Shown here one piece after another: positions 17,657 to 25,868 of a stretch of DNA of 25,868 nt. The stretch is taken from positions 1 through 25,868 of IMG/VR virus record IMGVR_UViG_3300027906_000135; one strand, given 5' to 3'. Within the stretch, counting starts at the first letter, position 1. Every line of letters starts with the position of its first letter. The notes beneath the pieces were generated by a model. That model was not told where the DNA came from. It did no database searches and saw only the letters and a program-made list of their open reading frames with translations. A program made the position numbers and the translations under genes. The stretch is from a virus. Lineage: Duplodnaviria > Caudoviricetes.

Positions 17657-20600
17657 ATGCCACAGGAAACGAACCTAAACGTTAGTCCATATTTTGACGA
17701 TTTTGATGCGGCTAATGACTTCCATAAAGTCCTATTCAAGCCTGGTTTTCCAGTTCAGGCAAGAGAATTAACGACTCTGCAGTCCATACTGCAAAATCAA
17801 GTTGAAAAATTTGGAGACCATATCTTTAGAGAAGGTTCTAAAGTAATACCTGGACAGTTATCATACCAATCTGAATATTATTCAGTACAAGTTGAAGCAG
17901 GATATTTCGGTATTCCTGTATCTTTTTATGCAGATAAACTGTTAGGTAAGAGAATTAAGGGTGATGTTTCTGGCGTTACTGCAAAGATTGTTGATTATAT
18001 AACTGAAGAAGTTTCTGATAATGGAAATTTAACTTTCTATCTTCAATATGAAAAGTCATCTACATCTTTTAGTGGACAAACATTCCAAGATGGAGAAACT
18101 CTTTTAACATTATCTTCAATTACATATGCAAATACTGTAATTGCTGGAAATGAAGGATTTGCAAATACTATTCCTGCTGGTTCTACTTCGACAGGTTCTG
18201 CTGCTCAGATTACAGAGGGTGTTTATTTCCTTAGAGGTAATTTTGTAAGAGTACCAACTCAGACTTTAATTCTAGATCAGTATACTAATACACCATCATA
18301 TCGTGTTGGATTAAGTGTAAGGGAAGAAATAATAACTGCAGGTGCAGATGAATCTCTATACGATAATGCAAAGGGATTTAATAACTTTGCTGCTCCTGGT
18401 GCTGATAGGCTTAAAATATCTGCTGTTTTAGCAAAGAAAGAAATTGATGAACTCAACGATGAGAATTTCGTTGAAATCATGCGTCTTAATGAGGGTGCTA
18501 AAGAGTTTTTCCAAGATGATTCTCAACATTCTATCATCAGAGATGCATTAGCTAAAAGAACTTTTGATGAATCTGGTAATTATTATGTAAAACCATTTAA
18601 TGTTAAAGTAAAAGAGTCTTTAAACGATAGGCAAGGAAATAAAGGAATTTATTTACCAGGACAAACCACTCAAGATGGAAATACTCCATCTTCAGATTTG
18701 ATGATATATCAAATCTCTCCAGGTAAAGCATATGTACGTGGGTATGATATTCAAACAATTAGTAATACAAATCTAGATGTTCCTAAGGCTAGAGAGACTA
18801 AAGAAGTAAAAGATATTGGTTTAGATTTTAATACTGGTACACAGTTTATTGTTAATAGAGCATTTGGTGCTCCTAATGTTGGATTAGGAACAACATCATA
18901 TGTTTCTTTAAGAAGTCAAAGAGTTGGTGTGACTAGTGCAACTGCTGCTGGCACAGAAATTGGTAAGGCAAAGGTATATAATTTTACTGCAGAATCAGTA
19001 AATCTTAAATCATCTAATCAAGATGAAAATGAATGGGATTTACGTTTATTTGATATTCAAACATATACAACTTTAGGAATTAGTACTGATATCAATATTT
19101 CCCTTCCTGCTCGTATTACGGGCGATTCTAGCGGTGCTGAGGGGTATCTGGTGAGTGCTGTGACTGGTGGCACAGAATTAACTCTTTATGGTAATAATGG
19201 TAGTTTTGTTAAAGATGAGTCATTTAAGGTTAATGGTAATGATGTTGGTCCTATCGTTAAGACAATTAGGGATTATGGATTAAATGATGTATTCTCTGTT
19301 TATTCAAATCCTGGAGTAGGACAAACATTTAATGCTGACTTTAAGTTAACTCATGCATCTACACCTAGAAATAAAACGTTTATTGGTAATAATCCAACAT
19401 TTACAATTACACCTGGAAATCAAGGAATTTCTACAGTAACAAGTCCTGGTAATAACTTTGCAGGTATAGTCACAACTGGTGATTATGTTTCGTATGGTGG
19501 AACTACTAGTGATGCTTCTCTTAATAGAATTACTGCTGTTTCTGCAGACGGTTCAAATATAACAGTAGCAGCTGCTACATCAGTTTCTGGTATATTCAAT
19601 GGCCAACTTCCTGGTGTTAATGAAGTCGTAACCAATTCTTTACAGATTCGTTATCTTGATAGTAGTTTAAAGGATGATAATAGTTTCCTTACAAGATTAC
19701 CAAAAACAAATATAAGTGATATTAATATACTTGACTCAGATATTATTGTTAAAAAGCAATTTAGAAATGTAACTGTATCAGGTAGTGAAATTTCTGATTC
19801 TCAGTTTAGTATAGGTGCAGACTTTACGTTTATGCCATTTACTCCACAGAGATATGTTGTCTCTTATGGAGATGGTTCTCATGAACCTCTTACTGCTGAT
19901 CAAGTTCAGATTAATAATTCTAGTAAAACTTTGAATTTTGTTAATCTTTCAGTAGGTGCAGACACTCAAACTAGAGTTGATGTAACACTTAAGAAAGTAA
20001 ATCCATCTTCAAAAGAGAAGAGATGGACTACAGGAACAACAGTCATTACTAGATCTAATTTAGAAGGCTCTGGTAGTACAGATCAAACTCTTCAAAATGG
20101 ATTAACATATGGAAATCTATATGGAACTCGTGTAGAAGACAAAGAAATTTGTTTAAACGTACCTGACGTTGAAAGAGTTATAGGAATATATGAATCAAAT
20201 GATATGACAGATCCAGATCTGCCATCTATTACATTATCTTCTTTGTCAGGTCCTAATGGAACTACTGCAGATTTAACTGTAGGTGAAGAAATAATATCTA
20301 GTGATGGTGCTGTTGCCATAGTTGCTGAGATAACAAATTCTACACAGATTGGTATTTCATATCTTAATGATACGAAATTCAATATTGGAGATATAGCAAC
20401 TTTCCAATCTTCTAGTATACAGGGAACTGTAACTGCATTTACTGTAGGTGATAGATTACTTTCATCTAAGTATGAAGTTGATAATGGACAACGTAATTCT
20501 TATTATGATTATGCTAGAATTGTTAGAATAGGAAATGAACCAGCACCAACACGTAGATTAAAGGTTGTATATCGTTATTATACTGTTCCTTCAACTGATG

Positions 20601-23600
20601 AAGGAGATATCTTTAGCATTAATAGTTACAATGCAGATCGTTTTGATACCGATATTCCATTTCTTGATGCTGATGGAAGAGAAAGATTGACTGATTATAT
20701 TGATATACGTCCTAGAGTTTCTACTTACGATCCATCTAGTGCAACTAAATCACCTTTTGAGTTTGATTCAAGAACATTTACAGGAACAGGACAAGCACCT
20801 CCAAATATTCTTTCTGATGATGAGACTCTAAACATAACATTTAGTTATTACCTTGCAAGGATTGATAGGATATTCTTAACTACTAATGGTTCTTTCCAGA
20901 TACAGACTGGACAATCATCAGAGACTCCAACTCCTCCAGAAACTATAAGTGGTGCTCTTGATGTAGGAACTCTATATGTTCCTGCTTATACTTTTGAAGC
21001 TCAGCAAGTTAAGTCTTTTCTGAAGCAGTATAAGAGATATCAAATGAAAGATATTGGTAGACTTGATAATAGGGTTAAGAATCTTGAGTATCATACTGCC
21101 TTAACATTACTTGAAAGTGATACTAAAAATATGTCCATTAAGGATGCTGATGGATTAGATAGATTTAAGTGTGGATTCTTAGTAGATAACTTTAAGAATT
21201 CTACTGCTCAAAGTAAGAATGATCCAGATTTTAATGCTTCGATAGATCAAGATCTTGGTGAGTGCCGTCCATCACATTATACAACAGCTGTTGATTTATT
21301 ATTGGGAACAAATTCAATTATTGGTGTTGGGCAAACTGCAGATCCATCACAAGATTTTGCTTTTGCAAATGATTTAATTGGAAGTGGATGCCGTAGAACA
21401 GGTGATTTAATCACTCTTGATTATACTGAACTTGCTGCTATTCAAAACTCATATGCATCTAGAACAGAAAATGTTCAGCCTTTTGCTGTAGTCTTCTGGA
21501 ATGGTGATATGGAGTTAAATCCATCCTCTGATGTTTGGGTTGATACTAGAAGGATTGAAACCCGTAATGTTAATATTGAAGGTAATTTTGAAGATGTTAT
21601 GGAGGAGAATGGTGCTGATCCAAATACAGGACTAATCTCTACTCAATGGAATTCATGGCAAACTGATTGGGTTGGTGTTGATGTACAAGGAGAAATTACT
21701 ACTGAAATAGAATCTAGATGGGTTAATACTCCTCAATTCGTTATACAACGAAGGAGGGTTCCTGGAAATCGTATCGAGAGAACGACCAGAAGAGTTAATG
21801 CATTAATGAGGGATATAGAAGTACGAGTAGAAAATACTACCACTACTACCACTACTAACCAATCTAGAACTGGACTTGCAACAAGAGTTGTTGAAAGATT
21901 AGATTCTGAATCTTTAGGAGATAGGGTTGTTAATCGTCAGAATATTCCTATAATGCGTTCTAGGAATATTGAATTTATTGTTACAAAGGTAAAACCAAGA
22001 ACTCAGTTATTCTCATTCTTTGATGGAGAAGATGTATCTAAATTTACCTTCCCTAAACTTTTGGAAATAACCATGTCAAATGGTACATTCCAAGTTGGAG
22101 AAACCATTATAGCAACTCCTTCAATTTTAGATGAAGGAGCAAGAATTGCAACTACACCTTACATTCAGTTTAGAGCAGCAGTACCAAATCATAAGTATGG
22201 TCCTTATAATGCTCCAACTGATACTTATTCAGTAAACCCATATCTTGACGATCAAGGAATACCCGAAGTTTATACTTCAACAGCGAGTATATTAAATGTT
22301 GATACATTTAGTTTACAACTACAACCTCAAGGACAATATTATGGATTCCTTAATGGAAGTATGACACTTAGAGGGCAGACTAGTGGTGCTGAGGCAACTA
22401 TTTCAGGTACTCGTCTTATAACTGATAATGTTGGTACTTTAATAGGTTCCTTCTTTATTCCAGATTCTACTATTAATGAGAATCCAGAATTTGCTACGGG
22501 TACAAAAACACTTCGTTTATCGTCTTCTGCAGTTAATTCTTTAGTTCCTGGAACTGTTACATCATCTGTAGAGAAGAATTATGAATCTTCTGGTATTATT
22601 GAAACTCTTCAAGAGACTATTATTAATACAAGAAATGCTGAAATTGTTACTGAGAACTTAACTGATAATAGAGTTCTTACAGATGTTCAAAGAAGAGTTA
22701 ATCAAAGAACAGATGTATCGGTTATTAGAGAAAGAGTTGAAAATTTCCAACAACTAATACAAACTACTTGGTACGATCCTCTTGCTCAATCATTTGATAT
22801 AGGAGATCCAAATGGGGTATTCATTACTTCTGTTGACATATATTTCTCAACAAAAGATGAAGAACTACCATGTAGTGTAGAACTTAGAACATGTAAGATG
22901 GGTACACCAACAACTACCATCATACCATTAAGTAAGAAAGAACTTCTACCTGCTTCTATCAATACATCTGTTGATGCATCTGTACCTACTAAATTTACTT
23001 TTGATTCTCCAATATATTTGGAAGGGGGTTCTGAATATGCATTAGTTGTTGTTTCTCCATCTACAGAGTATAATATCTGGATTTCTAGATTAGGTGAAGA
23101 AGATATCTCAACAACTGGATTAGGTGAGTCTCAGAAGGTAATTATTACCCAACAACCATATCTTGGTTCATTATTCAAGTCACAAAACGCTTCTACTTGG
23201 ACAGCTTCTCAGTTAGAAGATATGAAGTTTACTCTGTATAAAGCAGAGTTTACTGCTGGTACTACAGGAACAGTTAACTTCTTTAATCCAGAATTGAATG
23301 TTGGAAACAATGAATTTGTAGAACTTAATCCTAACCCAATTGAAGTTGTATCTAAGAGAGTTACACTTGGATTAACTTCTTCAATTGCTGATAGTATCGA
23401 TACTCTAGGTATTGCTACAGGTGTTGCAATTGCTCAAACTGGTTCTGGTTTATCTGGTGGTGTTGGAAATATTATTGCTATCGGTGGTTCTGTTGTAAGT
23501 AGTGGTTCTACTGATGGATTATTAGCAGTTAATGCTGGTTCTGGATATACTGTTGCAACTACAGAAGGAATACAACCATTTACTATTACAGGTAGTGGTT

Positions 23601-25321
23601 CTGGAATGGAAGTAACAGTTCAAGTATCAGTTGCTGGTTCTGTTTATCAAGATCCTAATAATAAAGCAGGAACTGTTGGACTTGTTAGTGTTACTAATGG
23701 TGGTAGAGGATATAAGATTGGTGATGTAGTTGGTATTCCAACTGCTTCTATGAACGGTATTGGTACAGGAGCACAACTATCTGTTGTTGCAATTGGATTT
23801 ACTAATACACTATTCTTGGATAATGTTCAAGGAGACTTTGTTGCTGCTGGTTCCAGCATGACTTATGTTACCAATACTGGTATCAGGTCTGAAATTAATG
23901 GTTCAGGTTCTAATGTAACCATTCTTTCTGGACAAGCAATTGCAGATCCTTATTATGATGGTAAATCTATTAAGGTTCGTCATAGAAATCATGCTATGCA
24001 TGAATCTAACAACCTTGTTAAGATTGAGGGTATTGTAAGTGATATTGCTCCATCTTCTCTAACTGCTGCTTATGGTAGAGATAATACAGGTGATTTGATA
24101 GTTAATTCGGGTACTGGATTTACTTCCTTTGAGGGTGTGGGTGTTGGTACAACTAACCCTGGATATCTTAAGATTGGAAATGAGATTATTAAGTACACAT
24201 CAGTTAGTACTAATACTCTTACTGGTATAACTAGGGCACAAGATTCAAGTCTTGCATTTACTCATCCAGTAAACCAGTTGGTTTATAAGTATGAATTCAA
24301 TGGAGTCTCATTGAGAAGAATCAATAAGACACATAATATGTCTGAGGTTGCTAATCAAGGGGTTCATCCAATTACGATGGATACTTATTATGTGGCTATT
24401 GATACTGATGGAACAGCATCTGATGGTGTTGGGGTTGGTGTGAGTAGAACTGCGAGTGCCAATGGATTCCCAAGTCTATACTTTAAGGATGTTAAGAGTG
24501 GTGGAGAATCAAGGGTTACTGCATCTCAAAATATTCAGTTTGAGGCATTAACACCTAATATACAAACATTACTTCCTAAAGGTACTAACATTAATTCTAG
24601 AGTTAGAACTGTTAGTGCTAGAAGTGTAAGTGGTATTGAAACATCTTTTGAAGATAAAGGATTTGAATCTATTGTTCTCAATGAGACTAATTTCTACAAT
24701 AATCCACGTATGATTGCTTCTAAGGTTAATGAGGATAGTAAACTAACTTCATTACCTGGATCTAAATCATTGAATATACAATGTGATTTCAATAGTAACG
24801 ATTCTAATATATCACCTGTGATTGATATAGATAGAGTTAGTGCAATTCTTACAACTAATAGAGTTGATGATACGGTTGGTATTTTCGCAACGGATCCTAA
24901 AGTTAAGATTCCTGGTGAAGATCCTACTTCAGCAACTTACGTTACTAAGAATGTAGGACTCACAGTTCCTGCTACAGGAATTAGGGTTATGTTCTCTGCT
25001 AATAGAGCAAGTACTGCTGATATTAGAGTTGCATATGCTCTCTTTAGAAAGGATGATGCTGAGAATGAAATACGTTATCAGTTATTCCCAGGATATGATA
25101 ATCGTGATGAAAATGGTGCAATTATTGATCCAAAGAACAACTCTGGACTCTCTGATACATTTGTTGCTCCTACATTTGAAAGAGATAATTTCCGTGAGTA
25201 TGAGTTCACCATTGATTCTCTCAAAGAATTTGATGGATTTAAGATTAAAGTTATGATGACTGCAACCAATCAGGCCCATCCACCAAGGATTTCTGAATTC
25301 AGAGCAATTGCATTATCATGA
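17657..25321 (+). CDS. VrlC-like large virion structural protein (DUF4815-type; 2554 aa)
   Basis: N-terminal NLNVSPYFDDFD...FHKVLFKPGFPVQARELTTLQSILQNQ, APGADRLKI, LAKRTFDESGNYYV, RYQMKDIGRLDNRVKNLEYHTALTLLE, RFKCGFLVDNF, DPLAQSF, GSLFKSQNASTWTASQLEDMKF, and C-terminal PPRISEFRAIAL. This matches the conserved large protein that follows gp8 in T4-like cyanophages. Confidence 0.85.
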   Translation: MPQETNLNVSPYFDDFDAANDFHKVLFKPGFPVQARELTTLQSILQNQVEKFGDHIFREGSKVIPGQLSYQSEYYSVQVEAGYFGIPVSFYADKLLGKRIKGDVSGVTAKIVDYITEEVSDNGNLTFYLQYEKSSTSFSGQTFQDGETLLTLSSITYANTVIAGNEGFANTIPAGSTSTGSAAQITEGVYFLRGNFVRVPTQTLILDQYTNTPSYRVGLSVREEIITAGADESLYDNAKGFNNFAAPGADRLKISAVLAKKEIDELNDENFVEIMRLNEGAKEFFQDDSQHSIIRDALAKRTFDESGNYYVKPFNVKVKESLNDRQGNKGIYLPGQTTQDGNTPSSDLMIYQISPGKAYVRGYDIQTISNTNLDVPKARETKEVKDIGLDFNTGTQFIVNRAFGAPNVGLGTTSYVSLRSQRVGVTSATAAGTEIGKAKVYNFTAESVNLKSSNQDENEWDLRLFDIQTYTTLGISTDINISLPARITGDSSGAEGYLVSAVTGGTELTLYGNNGSFVKDESFKVNGNDVGPIVKTIRDYGLNDVFSVYSNPGVGQTFNADFKLTHASTPRNKTFIGNNPTFTITPGNQGISTVTSPGNNFAGIVTTGDYVSYGGTTSDASLNRITAVSADGSNITVAAATSVSGIFNGQLPGVNEVVTNSLQIRYLDSSLKDDNSFLTRLPKTNISDINILDSDIIVKKQFRNVTVSGSEISDSQFSIGADFTFMPFTPQRYVVSYGDGSHEPLTADQVQINNSSKTLNFVNLSVGADTQTRVDVTLKKVNPSSKEKRWTTGTTVITRSNLEGSGSTDQTLQNGLTYGNLYGTRVEDKEICLNVPDVERVIGIYESNDMTDPDLPSITLSSLSGPNGTTADLTVGEEIISSDGAVAIVAEITNSTQIGISYLNDTKFNIGDIATFQSSSIQGTVTAFTVGDRLLSSKYEVDNGQRNSYYDYARIVRIGNEPAPTRRLKVVYRYYTVPSTDEGDIFSINSYNADRFDTDIPFLDADGRERLTDYIDIRPRVSTYDPSSATKSPFEFDSRTFTGTGQAPPNILSDDETLNITFSYYLARIDRIFLTTNGSFQIQTGQSSETPTPPETISGALDVGTLYVPAYTFEAQQVKSFLKQYKRYQMKDIGRLDNRVKNLEYHTALTLLESDTKNMSIKDADGLDRFKCGFLVDNFKNSTAQSKNDPDFNASIDQDLGECRPSHYTTAVDLLLGTNSIIGVGQTADPSQDFAFANDLIGSGCRRTGDLITLDYTELAAIQNSYASRTENVQPFAVVFWNGDMELNPSSDVWVDTRRIETRNVNIEGNFEDVMEENGADPNTGLISTQWNSWQTDWVGVDVQGEITTEIESRWVNTPQFVIQRRRVPGNRIERTTRRVNALMRDIEVRVENTTTTTTTNQSRTGLATRVVERLDSESLGDRVVNRQNIPIMRSRNIEFIVTKVKPRTQLFSFFDGEDVSKFTFPKLLEITMSNGTFQVGETIIATPSILDEGARIATTPYIQFRAAVPNHKYGPYNAPTDTYSVNPYLDDQGIPEVYTSTASILNVDTFSLQLQPQGQYYGFLNGSMTLRGQTSGAEATISGTRLITDNVGTLIGSFFIPDSTINENPEFATGTKTLRLSSSAVNSLVPGTVTSSVEKNYESSGIIETLQETIINTRNAEIVTENLTDNRVLTDVQRRVNQRTDVSVIRERVENFQQLIQTTWYDPLAQSFDIGDPNGVFITSVDIYFSTKDEELPCSVELRTCKMGTPTTTIIPLSKKELLPASINTSVDASVPTKFTFDSPIYLEGGSEYALVVVSPSTEYNIWISRLGEEDISTTGLGESQKVIITQQPYLGSLFKSQNASTWTASQLEDMKFTLYKAEFTAGTTGTVNFFNPELNVGNNEFVELNPNPIEVVSKRVTLGLTSSIADSIDTLGIATGVAIAQTGSGLSGGVGNIIAIGGSVVSSGSTDGLLAVNAGSGYTVATTEGIQPFTITGSGSGMEVTVQVSVAGSVYQDPNNKAGTVGLVSVTNGGRGYKIGDVVGIPTASMNGIGTGAQLSVVAIGFTNTLFLDNVQGDFVAAGSSMTYVTNTGIRSEINGSGSNVTILSGQAIADPYYDGKSIKVRHRNHAMHESNNLVKIEGIVSDIAPSSLTAAYGRDNTGDLIVNSGTGFTSFEGVGVGTTNPGYLKIGNEIIKYTSVSTNTLTGITRAQDSSLAFTHPVNQLVYKYEFNGVSLRRINKTHNMSEVANQGVHPITMDTYYVAIDTDGTASDGVGVGVSRTASANGFPSLYFKDVKSGGESRVTASQNIQFEALTPNIQTLLPKGTNINSRVRTVSARSVSGIETSFEDKGFESIVLNETNFYNNPRMIASKVNEDSKLTSLPGSKSLNIQCDFNSNDSNISPVIDIDRVSAILTTNRVDDTVGIFATDPKVKIPGEDPTSATYVTKNVGLTVPATGIRVMFSANRASTADIRVAYALFRKDDAENEIRYQLFPGYDNRDENGAIIDPKNNSGLSDTFVAPTFERDNFREYEFTIDSLKEFDGFKIKVMMTATNQAHPPRISEFRAIALS

Positions 25322-25515
25322 TACCTGTAAAAGACAATCACGCCCTTTACAGGGATCCTAATTCAAACGCAATTGTTTCTACTGATTTGAGTGAACATCA
25401 AAAGTATATTGATGCAAGGAAACGTAAAAAGTCTGAGAGGGCTGAATTAGATGAACTTAAAGGTGAACTCAAAGAGATTAAGGAAATGTTAAGGAGTATC
25501 GTAAATGGCAACTAG
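25318..25515 (+). CDS. Small hypothetical protein with C-terminal coiled coil (65 aa)
   Basis: ATGA overlap with the upstream gene. LYRDPNSNAIV motif followed by the heptad ELDELKGELKEIKEMLRSIV; this type of ORF commonly follows VrlC-like genes. Confidence 0.8.
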   Translation: MIPVKDNHALYRDPNSNAIVSTDLSEHQKYIDARKRKKSERAELDELKGELKEIKEMLRSIVNGN

Positions 25516-25868
25516 AACCTTTACATTTGATTCAACATCTGACTATCCATCAGTATCTGATCTGGTAGTTAACGTTGGTGCATCATTTACTTGTACGTTT
25601 ACAGTTAATGATACGTCTGGTACTGCAATAGATTTTACTAACTATACTGCAGAATCTTCTCAGATGGCAAAGTATGTTGGTGCTGGTGTAACTGCAACAT
25701 TCTCAGTTGGGTTTTCCAGTGCTTATGATGGCAAAATGTTTATTGGGTTAACCACAACTCAGACATCAGAATTGAAAGAAGGAAGACATGTATATGATGT
25801 TAATGTGAAGACAGGAGATACCGTTTATCGGATAGTTGAGGGGCAAATAATGGTTAGGGGTGGTATAT
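25505..25868 (+). CDS. Putative small virion structural protein (Ig-like/BppU-N-like), 3'-truncated; not in the ORF track
   Basis: Manual translation from ATG 25505 stays open to the window end: MATRTFTFDSTSDYPSVSDLVVNVGASFTCTFTV...IDFTNYTAESSQMAKY...GKMFIGLTTTQTSELKEGRHVYDVNVKTGDTVYRIVEGQIMVRGGI. The L...QT..L..GR.VYDV......RIVEG pattern is typical of small cyanophage structural proteins. Overlaps the upstream ORF by 11 nt. Confidence 0.8.
   Translation, partial: MATRTFTFDSTSDYPSVSDLVVNVGASFTCTFTVNDTSGTAIDFTNYTAESSQMAKYVGAGVTATFSVGFSSAYDGKMFIGLTTTQTSELKEGRHVYDVNVKTGDTVYRIVEGQIMVRGGI

Noticed and set aside
16211-25279. Short nested or antisense ORFs in gp8 and the VrlC-like gene
   Set aside because: Same shadow-ORF explanation; no start context or motifs.
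3836-25321. Intein, intron or homing endonuclease explaining the giant ORFs
   Set aside because: I saw no C/S-start...HN-C/S/T splice motif pairs or LAGLIDADG/HNH/GIY-YIG motifs by eye, and the frames are uninterrupted; repeats account for the size. An HMM scan would be needed to exclude this formally.
1-25868. CRISPR array, tRNA, structured ncRNA, DGR template/variable repeat pair or invertible segment
   Set aside because: Intergenic spaces are at most about 22 nt. I noticed no regularly spaced repeats, long near-identical DNA repeats, reverse transcriptase or recombinase; the protein repeats are diverged at DNA level.

Overview
This window is part of the virion-structure (baseplate) region of a T4-like cyanomyovirus (Kyanoviridae-like; AT-rich, roughly mid-30s % GC from spot counts, which fits a Prochlorococcus/Synechococcus host). 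All credible genes lie on the + strand and are tightly packed or overlapping. In order: the 3' end of a GT2-like glycosyltransferase-fold gene, a 46-aa very basic ORF missing from the ORF track, an FkbM-family methyltransferase, a small acidic hypothetical, gp25, gp6, a giant 4076-aa gp7-like baseplate wedge protein, gp8, a 2554-aa VrlC-like (DUF4815-type) structural protein, a 65-aa coiled-coil hypothetical, and the 5' part of a small virion structural gene also missing from the track. Two T4-type late-promoter motifs (CTAAATA) precede gp25 and gp8. I saw no tRNA, CRISPR array, intein, intron or mobile element. The gene order is ordinary for cyanomyoviruses, and I cannot support a wholly new system from sequence alone. 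The best leads are (i) a glycosyltransferase plus an atypical FkbM methyltransferase next to very Ser/Thr/Gly-rich baseplate proteins (possible virion glyco-modification), and (ii) the modular architecture of the giant gp7: a split core, an embedded YHYH-like domain, a His-rich mini-motif and several repeat families, some shared with gp8 and VrlC. All family assignments come from motif recognition and synteny, not database searches.
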